From assembly GCF_006345805.1 (NCBI RefSeq), contig NC_043000.1, positions 145,142,001 to 145,206,000 of the forward strand: a DNA stretch of 64,000 bases, read 5' to 3'. Within the stretch, counting starts at the first letter, position 1; every line of letters begins with the position of its first letter. The translations under genes were made by a program, and so were the position numbers. Below, piece after piece: positions 1-13,961 of the stretch. The DNA is from Octopus sinensis (Eukaryota). The notes below the pieces were generated by a model. It was not told the DNA's origin, ran no database searches, and worked only from the letters and a program-made list of their open reading frames with translations.

Positions 1-370
1 ATTTGCTGCGTGCTACATTTATTGTATTCGTAATTATATTTAACCATTGCAAATGCATTATAATATTCTGTAATATCTCAATGATTTGGTGCTGGAAAGT
101 AACATGATGAAAACTTCATATTAAAAAAAATGAAGATTACTGTTCTAAACATTTCTTCCATAATGTCCAATAAACCACGTTACATTTGCTTTTTTCTCAT
201 TTTATATTTTATTTTGCTTCTTTTGTGGTAGACGTATCATTGGGTGATGCTGTAGTTACTCTTTGTGGGTATTCTTTAATATATATTTTTTGAGTATTCA
301 GTTCTAGACCAGTAAGAATGGACTTTTCATATCTCCTATGTTAGAATTTTCAGTATTATTTTTATATATA

Positions 371-570
371 GGGCGGGGAGCAAACAGAATCGGTAGTACG
401 CCGGGCAAAATGCTTAGTGGCATTTCGTCCTTCGATACCAATTGTTTTCAAATTCCACCGAGGTCTACTTTGCTTTTCATCCTTTAGGGGTCGATAAAAT
501 AATTACCGATTAAACAGTAGGGTCGCTGTAATCAACTTAACCCTCCCTCAGAATTTCTGGCCTTGTGAAA
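371..570 (+). mobile_element. SINE family A, degenerate copy
   Basis: Head GGCGGGGAG..CAGAATCGGTAGTACGCCGGGCAAAATGCTTAG and core CAAATTCCACCGAGGTCTACTTTGCTTTTCATCCTTTAGGGGTCGATAAA match better-preserved copies at 8534 and 16843. Confidence 0.8.
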
Positions 571-584
571 TCAGTATTATTATT

Positions 585-870
585 GCGTATAGCGTCAATG
601 CTTCGAACAAAATGCATAACAGCATTTCTTACGATTCCTTACGTTCTGAGTTAAAAATTCCATCTAGTTCGACTAAAGGTCGGATTATAGGCAGAAATAC
701 GTAGCGGCATTTCATCCGTCTTTACGTTCTTTGTTCAAATTCACCCGGTGTCACCCTTGAGCTTCATCCTTTCGGAATCGAAGAAATAAGAACACATTGA
801 ATACTGGGATCGATGTAAGCAACTTTACTACTCCAAAATTGTTGGCCTCGTAACAAAATTTGAAAGTCAT
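585..870 (+). mobile_element. Two further degenerate SINE family A fragments
   Basis: TTACGTTCTGAGTTAAAAATTCC and GCTTCATCCTTTCGGAATCG..ACTGGGATCGATGTAA are decayed versions of the family A core. Confidence 0.6.
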
Positions 871-2780
871 TTATTTCTAGAGATTTGTATATATTTATTT
901 TTATTTTGCAGTTGTAATTTCCATGTTTTGTTTCATGTTAACTATCAAGAGATTTAGACTCGTTAATATCCTTTTACTGATCAATTTATTTTATTTTTCG
1001 TCTCTCGTGAAAGCTAACTGTTTTATTTATGGCAATATCAGAGTTTTATTACTGTTATCCGGATCTCTGCAGATAGTTACATTATCATCGAGGATAATTA
1101 AATTGAATGCAATTAAACTAGTATTATCACTTATTCGTTTATTTGCAATAGTCTTCTAAATTTTAAAAGTGGAGGAAAGCCATTGCGGTGTCAGGATATA
1201 TTTTGTGTACACATGAGTAAAATTTATGCTACACCGAAATTTGTGCAATAGTTATCAGTCAATGTAACAAATATTCCTTTGAACTCAAAATCACATATCA
1301 GCAAACCCTCGTCATAATATTCACTGTTATCCTCTAATATTTCGAAGCTATTTTGGATGTTCTAAGAGAAATATTCTATGCAAGATTACTTAGCATAGTG
1401 CTTCGGGGATGAGAACTGTGTGTGTAGCAAAGATTTCCATTATATTTGGGCAAAGGAATGCGTGAGCTATTTTCAAATCCAAGATAAAATCGAGAAAATT
1501 TACCTATTTATTATGTCATCTGAAGGATTTAGGTGATAATATTTAAAGAAGGGCTATAGTGTGTTAGAAATTTCCTTGGGGTAGAAAAATTAATGTTAAC
1601 TACTGCTAATGGTGTGTCATCCTGTTATAATCCGTTAAACTGTACTGAACATTTTAAGGTAAAATTATGATGCTGATTTTTTCTTTAATAACATGTATGA
1701 TTTGTTAAGAAGAATGAATGTAAACGAAATGTAATATATATGCATATTAAAATGATCAAACATTTTTGGTTTTTGATATTTTGTGGGGTAGGGGTTTTCA
1801 ACGAAACACGTAATGTATTATTGTCCTCCATGGTGAAGGTTTCATTTTCTTGTATTCGGGGATGTTTTCTTTTCTAGTAATTGTTTGTGAATTCGAGGGA
1901 CATATCAGCCTTCTACAAAGTGTATCAAGGTTCTTTTTGCATCTTATAAGATTATATAAATATTTCATATCATATATAATTTCTGAAGGCGTACAGGAAG
2001 CATAAAGAGCTTTGATCAGTGGGTTTATAACTAAATACATTTCTCCAGTTTCTACTGTTTTAAATATAGGCGAGAAAGAAAAGATACGAATGAACATAAA
2101 TCATAAAATAGATTTAAATTTGCTAAATATTAATTCCAATATATGTGCCTGAATGAGAGAAGTAACTCAAGAAATTATTTAATGCATATTTATTCCTCAA
2201 CATCATTGTTCTAATATCATCTTCACAAGACATTAAAGTTTAGAAGAAACATTTTTAGGAAGTGGTTCGGGAGAAGGTATTTAATTTGTTTGTCTAAATG
2301 GCATAGTTATAAGTAAATCATATAATAACTTTCTGCAAACAATTTGATGGAAACGTAGTTCTTCTTCATAAAACATTATTTCAAATGAAGTTAAATTAAA
2401 TTATGTATTACGTAGATTATATAGGATTTAAATGTCTGCGATAGATAAGGATATTTACCGTTCGCAATAAAAAGAATGAAAAACTAGCAAGCAACAATGT
2501 GCAGTCTTAAGTATCAATAATGAGCTAAAGAATTCAAACTAGTACATGTACAAATACGTAAAATGAATCTCCATAAATACATGTAGTTTCGGGAGTAAAT
2601 ATCATCAGCAAAGTCCTCAGTTTCATACATAATTAATTTATTGGTGGGTATCAGAGTTACGGGAGAGCGTCCACGTTCTTTGAATGAACATATAGTGAGT
2701 GTATGTTGGAATTTTTTTTAGTTTAATTGTTCTATTCCTTCAATAATTCTTCGAAAGTCTTCCAGGTAACGTATATATAT

Positions 2781-3008
2781 TTCTTTACTGCCCACAAGGA
2801 GCTAAACACAGAGGGGACAAACAAGGACAGACAAAGGGATTAAGTCGTCGATTACGTTGATCCCAATGCGAAACTGGCACTTTATTTATCGACCCAGAAA
2901 GGATGAAAGTCAAAGTCGACCTCGGCGGAATTTGAACTCAGAACGTAGCAACATACGAAATACTGCTAAGCATTTAGCCTGGCGTGCTAACGTTTCTGCC
3001 AGCTCGCC
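2781..3008 (-). mobile_element. SINE family A, near full-length, tail CCCCTTGTGGG type
   Basis: Reverse complement of the 8534-8762 copy: GTCGACCTCGGCGGAATTTGAACTCAGAACGTAG..TTCTGCCAGCTCGCC. Confidence 0.9.
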
Positions 3009-4409
3009 GAGGTCACATGACTTCAGAAATGCACGTTAGGTCGGAAACAATCATGTTTCATGTTTATGGAAACAAACAAAGGCCCTCCATAAATAATTCC
3101 ATCTTGCTCGAGGTAGACCTTACTGTGTTGCAACTTGCCAAAGGGTCATCGGAAATAGCCTTCAATTTATCAGTTTTACATTTTAGATCACACAGTTTTG
3201 CTTTCACAAATACTTTTTTTTTTGCATTCTTGATAATGATAATGGGAATAAATTATTGCTAAGTTTGGGAAAAGTAATTTGTCTTTTCTCTCTCAAATGT
3301 GTTTGTAAACATTATGTCATTTGTCAAGACCTGCACACACTGCAGGTATTTAGTGATGATTAATTTACAAATGACCCATGATTTTATCGTATCACTATCA
3401 ATGACAGGCAATTCTACATTATCTTCTTTATTTTAACTTCAGTATATACGACAAAGTAATTTATTACATATCACTAACTCGATTTTGGCAACTTTCCTTC
3501 AACACTTTTGGTGTTCTTTCCTTCTGCATTTGACGTGATATCACCCTATCACCCTTTATATTTTATACTTTGATGTAAGTATGTTACCTTGAAATTTCAC
3601 GGGGATGGTTAATTATTGTAACAGGATTTGTGTTGATAAGCATTGATGAGGTCGTCACTTCTGCTTTTCAATTTAAGCATTGCGTGTAACATTCTGATAT
3701 CTGGTGGGTCAATATCAGGCAAATGTTAAATATTATGAGGCTCATTTTCTAGTTTGTAAGAACGGTACCCACATCCACGGGACGTGAATCTTATGCCCGC
3801 ACTTAGAATACATAATTCCAGCTACAAAAATACAAGGCTACCTATCCATTCACACACATATACATGCAATTATAGGCTCATAAGAAACGAAAGAGCAATC
3901 CTACGCGCGCACGTGGGCATACAATATACACATGTATATGCAACCAAACTCACATTCAAATACTTTTAGATAGAATAAATAAAGAGAAAATGCCAGCTAG
4001 TCGAATGCAAGACACACTCACATATTCTCGTAAGGAAAATATGAAAAGGAATGCAACAGATATATGCACTGAAATATATTTCTCCGTGAGTGTGAAATAT
4101 ATATTTGAATGAATATTTATATTTACGTACGTTTATGATAGCCGATAAACTGGGGATCCATTACACCGCTGACAAAAAAAATATTGGAAGAAAAAACTGT
4201 ATAAGAGTTTCGAAAACGAACAAAAAAGAAGAAAATATCTCAAGTCGAAGTTTTGAAAACTTTTCAGTAGAGAACTAGACATAATAAAGTATGTATTATA
4301 TCTACACTCTGACTAGCAGAATTAACCAAGGGATATTGATAAAGCGGAGATGTACTTGCATAGCAAGTGATTTGATCTAACATCGTGTGCTGGAACGAAA
4401 ATAATTACC

Positions 4410-4580
4410 CGTGGAATGTGTTTGTAACCCATTTAAGAAACACACAAAAGCCGGAGATTTGTCAGTGAACAGGTCGCGGTCTTATAGCGACGAAAATATT
4501 TTGACAAATTAAACTTAAATGTTGAAGTGAATCGAACGGCTTTTGTGTGTTTCTTAAATGGATTACAAACAACTTCCACG
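4410..4580. repeat. Inverted repeat (fold-back, MITE-like)
   Basis: Arm TGTTTGTAACCCATTTAAGAAACACACAAAAGCCG (to 4453) is complementary to CGGCTTTTGTGTGTTTCTTAAATGGATTACAAACA (from 4537) with one mismatch. Confidence 0.9.
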
Positions 4581-4836
4581 CTGCAATTGTTATTGATAAA
4601 GCATTCCCCTAAAAAGTATGAGAGAAAATTAATTTATATATAGATGCAATAAAACGAACAATTGAAACATCTAAAGATTTGTTCTATTGAAAATGACAAA
4701 TAGTTCACCAGTATATCATTCATATAATGTTCACATTTAAAGTAATGTTTGGTGTGTGTGAAATTACTCCCTAATACGAAGTTATTTTAGATACCCTTGG
4801 AACACTTTAAGGTGTGCGTATTTACATATATATATA

Positions 4837-5020
4837 GTTAATCCAAACATGAAAACAGAAAGAGAAAACACAACAACGCGAGGACGTGAGACACGTATAG
4901 TGCTCAGGAAAGAAAAGAAGGAGGACTTAGCGTTTCGAGCGGAGCTCTTCATCAGAAACATAGAATAAGGAAAAGCCCAAAGAATGGAAGAAGGAGGAAA
5001 AAATCGCCAACGGTACACAC
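4837..5020 (-). mobile_element. Interspersed repeat with hammerhead-like motif (Penelope pLTR-like)
   Basis: Same family as 61081-61270 (AGTTAATCCAAAC..CGTTTCGAGCGGAGCTCTTC..AATCGCCAACGGTACACACGCG). Penelope assignment is inferred from the motif. Confidence 0.55.
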
Positions 5021-5025
5021 GCGGT

Positions 5026-5049
5026 CACACACACACACACACACACAGT

Positions 5050-5125
<76 letters not shown>
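5026..5125. repeat. (CA)n/(AT)n microsatellite
   Basis: Direct dinucleotide repeat. Confidence 0.98.
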
Positions 5126-5749
5126 CTGCTATGCTTAAATGTTAAAGTAATATGCAAAATACATAAAGTTTTATCAGATTTTTGAAGAACAATTATAGGT
5201 TTCATCCATTGAGATCTTCGTAAGCATCGAAACTGTAAAATCCTCACACGCAATCACACACACATATACACACACCTTTAGACATACATATATAATACAA
5301 AATGAGACAAGACCGCAAAACATCCAGGCAGTTATGTAATACAAAAAAGGGACAACAAAACATCCAGATATTCTATACAAAGAAAACAAGGACGGGTCAT
5401 TCGGAGTTTTCTTCCTTCACTCGAGTTCCAGATTATCTTTGCAATTTCAGCTGGTTATACTCGAGATTGCTCCAATCTGATCATCCCCCAGGAAACACTA
5501 AGCTACGAGTATTAGATTCCTTGGAAGAAAGTAGCGTGTGAATTCGAAAACAAGGACGGAAAAAAACCGAGAATTATACACAAGTACAAATAACAGCTCG
5601 TAACGTACATATATAAACATATACCAAAACACTAATAAACTCATATATAAAACATATAAAAACGGTGTGTAATAGTGTAATTCTATATCTACATACGGAT
5701 TTCCACACGCACACATGCATGCATATATGCAAGTACACACACAATAATA

Positions 5750-5789
<40 letters not shown>

Positions 5790-6829
5790 AATAACTGTGT
5801 GCACCTGGCTTTGTTTTGTGGGCGAGATGACATTTTTTTATAGTGTAATGCATAATGTCCAGTAACGTAATTGTTACTGATATCGGTTTCGACAAAACGG
5901 CTGCCACACTTAAATAAGTTCACAGTCCTATTTGGTCACATAAAACGCTTTAATGGCACTGTCCACAATGGCGATAATCTAATGAGTGAAAATAGTAGAA
6001 GAGTAAAATTATATATCTACAAGACACAGTAAAATTTTAATGATTCAGACGAGACGTTCTAAATAAGATTATAAGTTTTCTGACCATCATATATTCATAT
6101 ATCGATGTTGAAGATTTTACATCTCTGCTACGTTTGATACTTGTGCACGTGTAAATGTTGAAGAGCTGAATTCGAACATGTACTTTATATTTCTAAATTG
6201 AAGTCATTTGAACAATGAAAAAATTATACCCAATTATGAGATCAGGAAAAAAAAATTGTTAATCAACGATAAGAAATTATTATCCCGTTAAATGATCAAG
6301 TACACATGATAAAACCGGATGATTATGGATCGCTTTGGTGCGTTCTAAATTTCTCATGGAAAGCGGCGATGAGTTAATCTCTAGTTAGGTTTGCAATATG
6401 AGAAATAAAAAGAACGTAGTAGTATCCTGTGTTCATAAATAAATTCAGTGGAGTGTCTTAGATACAAATCTGTCTCGTAAGGTATTTGTGTTTCTCCACG
6501 CTGCAAAGATTCAACAGACGTTGGGAAATGCTTCACTTCAACCATTAAAAGGAAGACATTTCAACTGCCTGTACTGCAATTAGCAAAACCCCGTACCTAA
6601 ACGTACCTTAAGATGATTAAGATACCACAATGTTAAGGAATGATTTACTACTTAAAAACTCTTAGAAAAATATTTTTTTCCAAATAAAGTTATAGATATT
6701 TCTTGTTAATTACTAGTCTGCTATTAGAGACACTAATCAAAACATAGATATAATACTGAAACCAATCCATGCAACGAAACCAATCCATGTTTCAATAGCA
6801 AACTTTCATATATATATATTTTTTTTTTT

Positions 6830-7220
6830 GCTTCTTTCAGTTATTGGAGTGCAGCCATGCTGAAGCACCGACTTTAAGAATCTTTTTTAGTGGAAACTAT
6901 CGACCCAACTCCATTTTTCAATGCCTGTCTCGTTTGCCGACTCTCTAAATTACTGGGACATTAACACCTGTTGCCAAGCGGTTATGGTAGACAAACACAC
7001 CCATATAACATACATATATGTATGTATGTATAATACATACACATATAATAAATATATACGATTTGTTTCTTTCAATTTCTCTCTACAAAATCGATTCGCA
7101 ATGCTTTGGTGAGCTGAAAATTATAGTAGAGCTATAGTAGAAGATACCTGCGAAGGTTCCACGGTACCCGGACGCTGTGGCTCGGAAGCAATCTTTTTAC
7201 CAAACAACGACGCCTGTACC
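6830..7220 (-). mobile_element. SINE family B, degenerate, with internal microsatellite
   Basis: TTTCAGT..GCAGCCATGCTGAAGCACC tail and GCTATAGTAGAAGATACCTG head are reverse complements of the 13962 and 45983 copies. Confidence 0.7.
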
Positions 7221-7799
7221 TATGACTGTTGCATTAACAGCCTTTAAAATATAAGTTGTTCTAGTTAGACAGGTGTTTAGAAGCGCTAAGAATACAGATT
7301 TGCAACATAATATAACATATTTCATGCTGTAATTAATACAATATCTAAGCCTCAGCGCACATGGTAGAACGTGATATACTGTGGGATTTCTTGAAAGTCA
7401 TAATTTACAAAATAATGCTATATCGCAAAATGTTCCTTTACCAATAAATATTAACATGTAATTTTCTATCTTTAATATGACACTTCTTCTGTTCAGATAT
7501 GTATATATGAATGTTGCATTAGGAAATTTCTATTTATTTATTCATAAGAATAAGTGACTCAATATATGTGAGAAAATGTACTACGGCTATTTGGGATGAA
7601 TTTATACATTATCAATGTCATAGAGTTAGGAGTTACGGAATGTTATTCTCACAAACAATGCATAAATTGTCAAGATGGCATGTTTTTCTAATTCCAGGTG
7701 GATTATTCCATATATGTTTCATGTCAAAATGAAATGCGCAGATGGGAACCAGCCCAATGGGAAAAAATGAATTGGATCTAGTATCCATATACGTTCGAG

Positions 7800-7800
7800 A

Positions 7801-7832
<32 letters not shown>

Positions 7833-7971
7833 ATAACTTTATATATAAACAAAGGAACATGTGTATGCAAACATACACTCAGACATCTTAGCATATATAT
7901 ATATATATATTTTGTATTTTTTTATATTTGTATTTTATATATATATATACATGTATATGTATGTATATATA

Positions 7972-8022
<51 letters not shown>

Positions 8023-8025
8023 TAT
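7800..8025. repeat. (GT)n and (AT)n microsatellites
   Basis: Direct dinucleotide repeats. Confidence 0.95.
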
Positions 8026-8533
8026 ATGAAAGCTAATGTTCAAGTGCGTCCTTAGAGTGTTTATATATGTAGCTCATGAATATGTACGGCTAAATAATAA
8101 TACTATCTAACCAATCTTATACGTCTTTGTTTTATGTTTTACTTCACACAATCATCATATCGAGGGCAGGGTAGAGCAGGGGGTTCGAATTTAGTCGTAT
8201 GAATCGAATTCAGTACTCATTGCTTAAGCCTGCTGCATATGATATCTTTTTTGCCGAACTGCTCTTAAAAGGACGTAAATACACCAACACCGGCTGTCAA
8301 GAAACAAAGATACGCACAGAGACATACATAGTATATATTTATATACAATTGACTTCCTCTAGTTTCCGTCATAACAAATTCACTCTCAAGTCATTGATTG
8401 AACCTAGGCTATAGTAGATGTCAATTGACCAAGTTTCTACGCATTGGGACAAATCCCAGGACAATGTGGTCTAGAAGCGTGCTTTTGAACACAAAGTCAC
8501 CCTTGGCCTTATCTATATATTATTATTATTATA

Positions 8534-8762
8534 GGCGGTGAGCTGGCAGACACGTTAGCGCTCCGGGCGAAATGCGTAGCCGTATTTCGTCTGCTGCTAC
8601 GTTCTGAGTTCAAATTCCGCCGAGGTCAACTTTGCCTTTCATCCTTTCGGGGTCGATAAATTAAGTACCAGTTACGCACTGGGGTCGATGTAATCGACTT
8701 AATTCGTTTGTCTGTCCTTGTTTGTCCCCTCTGTGTTTAGCCCCTTGTGGGTAAAAAAGAAA
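8534..8762 (+). mobile_element. SINE family A, well preserved
   Basis: GGCGGTGAGCTGGCAGA..GTTCTGAGTTCAAATTCCGCCGAGGTCAACTTTGCCTTTCATCCTTTCGGGGTCGATAAATTAAGTACCAG..CCCCTTGTGGG. Contains a B-box-like GTTCAAATTCC and has many sibling copies in the window. Confidence 0.92.
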
Positions 8763-8767
8763 CATAT

Positions 8768-8795
8768 ATATTATTATTATTATTATTATTATTAT

Positions 8796-8836
<41 letters not shown>
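8768..8836. repeat. (ATT)n-(AGT)n trinucleotide microsatellite
   Basis: Direct repeat. Confidence 0.97.
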
Positions 8837-9809
8837 AAAAACGCCTTGATGCAGTACCAGGTATGGCTTTCATGGCTTTTGATCTTAACTGATTGAAAGT
8901 GTTATCATGTACATTGTTTTGTCTTGGTATGAAAGATGGCCTACAGGAATATTTGGCTCAATACCACAAATGAGCGTGTCAATTTTCTCACCTTTCATGG
9001 CTGACGATGTGTGCATCTCTGATCACGACCGAAAGTAGTTAGGTAGCAGCATAACCATATGCTGAGAGCAATTCGTTGGAGTTTGAATAATTCACCTCTG
9101 GAAAAATGGGTGTTTTGTTCAGCAATCTTATATAACTCTTATTTAAGGACCTTTTGAGCGGGATGGACTACTCGACATTAAGAAAATTTTAACCGGGCCC
9201 CACCTGCAAGGCCATACAGTGTTTATCTTAATATGTGATTACTATGTCGCGTACATGTGGTTGCGATGCATGCGCCTTGTGTACTCTTATCACACAGGTA
9301 GTCATGGTGGGTATACTGGGCTTTGTATTTTTATTTCAGTGTCACTTTGAATGCATGCACTTCTCTCTCACTCAATAATAATAACAATAATAATTATAAT
9401 CCTTTCTATTAAAGGTGCAAATCTTGAAATTTGTCGGGAAGTGAGTAGTTGGTTACGTCAACCCTATGTTTTACTGATACTTCATTTATCGACCCCGAAA
9501 TGATGAAATGCAAAATAATAATGATGATCACAAAAGCAGAGCCTAAACAGACGTGGCTGGTTGAGATTGTATAAACGTGCAACGAGGATAGGGGGATGCA
9601 ATTTGGTATCTCGAAGTGTGCGGGGCTTTCTTTAAGGGGGGGAGGAAGGAGTAGATTGTAGGGGCATAGAATTGCCAAACAGACAGAGAATGGAAGATCG
9701 GGATGATGGTGGGTACTAGTGTCTTTGGGTCCTGGAGCTTGACAATATCTTGCATAAAAAAATGAAAAATAAGGTAATCACTGCATAATTTATGCCCCTT
9801 AACCTACTC

Positions 9810-10940
9810 TTGAAATCAAAACTCAACTCAAGGAACCTTGTCAATACCATCAACATATGGACAGTTTCTGTAGTACACCCATCCTGAAATGGGCACAAGC
9901 GGAGAATAACTACCTCAATCCCACTACCCGAAAGACAATGCATGGTGCTGGCCACCCTTAGGCGAACGTACACAGGATCTACATGAAGAGGTGTAAAGGT
10001 GAATGGGGGCTAATTCACATACGGGAGTGCGTGAACAGTGAAAGAAGAAACATGGCAGAATATTTGGTAAACCGCAAACAGGACCTGCTATAGTATACTG
10101 CTCATGCACAAGGAATTAACAAAAGTGGACTTATGAGTGCTCATGAATTGCGATCAAGAATAGCCAAAGAGAGAGGAGAAACCCTATTCCGCGTGGAATT
10201 ACATGTTAAGTTCCACCGTGCAACAAACAAATTAAAAGACCAGGAAGTACCATGGAGGTGGCTCACCAAGGGTGTCCTAAAAGAGAATGCTGAAAGACCA
10301 TTCATCACTGCCCAGGACCGGGCATTGAATAACAACGCAGTGAAAAAAATATATACCACACGAGTCCAACAGATCCCTGCACAATATATGGAAAGAGGGT
10401 CGAAAGCGTGACTCGCATTGTTAGTGCTGATGAAACTCTTGCGCAGAAAGAGTAGAAGAGAAAACACGACAAAGTAACCCGAACCCTCTACTGGCTACTC
10501 TGCTGTAAGTATGGATATGCGTTTATGGGAAATTCGTAGCAGCATACACCTGAAGAGGTAATGGACGAAAAAGAGAAGCCAAAAATCCTCTAGAACTTTG
10601 ACTTCCAGACAGACAAACTAGTAGACCATCGAAGGCCGGATATAGTAAGGTTTAGTTGGGAACGAACAAGAGTGCCTAATAATTGACGTGGGAGTTCCAG
10701 GAGAGCAATATATCATCCTGAAAGAAAGAGAAGAGTTTGATAAATATGAAGACCTGAGAATAGAAAACGCTAAGGTATGGCAACTTGGAGAGTCAAATAT
10801 AAAGGTTACCCCTATTGTCATTGGAGTATCGGGTTCAATACCGCCCATTCTGAACAAAAATATCTAAAAACTTTTGAAATACTCTACAATACAGGTATAT
10901 TGCAAAAGTTTGCTTTACTTGGAACTGCACGCATATTGTG
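9810..10940 (+). mobile_element. Decayed non-LTR retrotransposon with restriction-like endonuclease (R4/Dong-like), C-terminal ORF remnant
   Basis: Frameshifted translation gives KLNSRNLVNTIN, WRWLTKGVLKENAERPFITAQDRAL, HDKV, DFQTDKLVDHRRPDIV, CLIIDVGVP, KYEDL, VTPIVIGVSGSIP and LQKFALLGTARIL. This is the motif order of the R4-clade post-RT region and PD..D REL domain. Confidence 0.88.
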
Positions 10941-12589
10941 AACGCAACACCCCAGGAAGCTCCATGATACCTGTACACGTGTAGCTCCGATGTGAACCAG
11001 AGAACAGGACTACAGTGTTGGCGGTTTTGAATCTCTTAATATGCAATGTAAATTCCGAGTTTACCAGGTGTTTTCTGATTAAAACTTAAACATTAAAGTA
11101 AACGAATATTTTGTACAAAAAGGTATAACAAGAGCTTTGGAATTAATCAAACGCAATATAAAAGTGTTGTCTGAATATATCCGACATTGCTAGTCACACC
11201 AAGTTATAACATACTTTTACCAAGTAATGTATCTAGGAATTACACATAAATTGGGCTTGCTAACAAATTGACTATAAATATTATACATCGCATTGGTTGA
11301 CATATGTTTTACGATTCATAATTTGAAACAATATCCGGATTGTATTTTGTGGAATTGTAGTTGAAGCCTGATGAATAAAGCCCTATTCACTAAATAGAAA
11401 TCAATGGTTTTAATGGAATTAATGGTAGCTATTATCGCGATAGCAACATGTAATTAGAACGTATTATTTCGAAGTTATGACATTTGTTTTATTATAATAG
11501 GTTTATTATAATGAATCTTTTAATCAAACTTTTGCGGTTAATTAATCCCATTGTAAAAAGATTTTCGTGCTAATTCCTAATAATTGCTATTTTCCACACG
11601 TCACCATATAGAAGATTTCTTTTTGTTGGTATTACACCACGTAAATTATATTCCATGCTGATTTTATTTTGCATTTCAAATAAGAAAATATAAATGCGTT
11701 AATCAGATGCACGTAAAAATCATTAAACCAGCTCAGTTATTATACACGTTCTTTCTAATTCTATTGGAGATTTTCGAAGAAGATGCTTGTCATATGGGTT
11801 AACTAATTACTATGTATTTCACTTAGTGATTTTGTTGAGGTTTTTATGTTTGGCAGTGACGTACACGTTTTTCTAATGTAAAACCATGCTCCAATCTCAT
11901 CACTGAAATACATAATTCCAATCAACAATTTTTCATATGCCTTGGATTTAATAGATAGTTTCATACAAATATAAATTATACCGATATCAAGAGTGAGAAT
12001 TCAATTTTTCCCTAGAGGCTAATTAATCTCAAACTGCTTAAAGACTTAATGATTTATTTTAATATTCACGATGTATCAAGGCGCTCGATATGTTATTAAG
12101 TATCACCAAAGGAATTAAGCAAACAGTAAATATTTTAAGGTTTGAAGCACGAGATATTCACACTTGTTACAGCCTTTAACACAACGGCGTTATTTTTGCT
12201 CACATAAACCGTACGCTTTATGGATTATAATGATCATGATCTTTGACTGATGCTAAACGAAATAACCTCGAGAATTTCACTTCTCCTTAGATTACGACGA
12301 ATTAATTCTTAAGGAATATATCATTCTTCATATTATATGACTACTGTTTTATACATATTATGCACAGATGGGTGTGTTCCTACCTATAGGCGTCCTCAAA
12401 CCAATTTATGGAGTACTAGCATAATGACCCAGCAACGCCTGGTCATAGTGTTAGTGCTTGCATATACAGCTTGCATGTACAGCTGTGTGCGTGCGCACAT
12501 ACACGCGAGTACTGTCCAAATCTCCGACCAATCACATACAGCTACCAGGCATTCAATTGGCGTGTCAAGTTTCAGGCATTTTGATTGGG

Positions 12590-12774
12590 TTTGGGATAGA
12601 AAATTCATAAAAAAGTTACTTCTATTGATTTTTTTATGGCTTTTCGGGGTGACTGGGGAAATGAAAAGATGTGCACGACCACCCTTGGGCGGTTTTGAAT
12701 GACCATAGAAAGTGCAAGCTCTCTAAATGAAAAATTGTGGATTTGTATAAAGGAATGGCACATAGACATTTTGC

Positions 12775-12780
<6 letters not shown>
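12590..12780 (+). mobile_element. Probable non-autonomous Helitron-like repeat fragment
   Basis: TGGCTTTTCGGGGTGACTGGGG..GACCACCCTTGG..GAAAAATTGTGGATTTGTATAAAGG running into a microsatellite. Recognised from memory of mollusc Helitron-N repeats only. Confidence 0.4.
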
Positions 12781-12848
<68 letters not shown>

Positions 12849-12858
12849 TATATATATA
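12778..12858. repeat. (AT)n microsatellite
   Basis: Direct repeat. Confidence 0.98.
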
Positions 12859-13961
12859 GATGATATATTTTCGATTTTGACGCTGAATCTCGTGTTAGTA
12901 AACATTGCTTCATTCTTACACATTTCCTAAACACTTACCCACATAAATCATAAAATGTTGTAGTACGACTAGCGACAAACAGGACATGATGCAAGCAAAG
13001 AGAATAAGCAATGTCATTAATATTAATATATAAAAGCATTAGAGATGCAACAGATAATGAGTGTTCCCTCTATCTAAATAATTTAAATAATATCACTGTA
13101 CCAATTTATCATCAGTTCATTAAGTACGCAACCTCCAATGTCATTTTCCTTGCAGACACCTGCCTTTTTATTTTAGTCATTTTGTATGTTTTGAGTAATT
13201 TGGTTTGTAGTAGATGTGAGTTACAAAGATTCTACTGATACTGCTATGAAACGTTTTAAATTTCCATGACATTTGTATTTCTGAAATGTAAAACAAAATT
13301 GCTGAATTCGTTAGAATATGTTAGTAACATAAAACACATTTTTAAAAAGATGCACTTTCAAATCCAAAAACAAATTCATTTTCTAAAATATATAAATGCG
13401 TCTATGTATGGATCTATGTGTACGTGTGTGTGAGCATGTGTGTGTGTGTGCGTGTATATGTGTGTGTCCGTATGTGTGTGATGCTTTATTTTGAGGCAGA
13501 AATCAGATGACGATCTTATAAATATTTAAGAGCATTCTGAACACCTTCACCCATCTAGCATATTCACGAGAGAAACCAGTCATAGCTTTCAGGTTTAAAA
13601 TACACGATTCCACAGTAGCAAAAAGTATATTTTAGAAATAACAAACATTACTATCTGAAGTTCTACTTTGCCGTCTTTCACATATCAAAAGGAATATTTC
13701 ATATATTATGACTAGACGTAGGTCTTGTCATGATATATGAATCGGAGCATTCTATAAATTAGACTCAATGAACTCAATGGATTCATAACAGCGACAAATT
13801 AACCTTTAAAATTAATGAATGATGGAATTATATAGGTGACGAAACTGCACATCATACATCTGAGGGCAGGCATGAACGCGATTGAAGAAAATTTGTTTCC
13901 ACTTATCAATACATTTAATCCAGGAGTGATCAACATTTTCCACACAATCAAAACAAACATG

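Noticed and set aside
2575-2612. Minus-strand CTGATGA..GAAACTACATGTA
   Set aside because: No stem II or stem I pairing.
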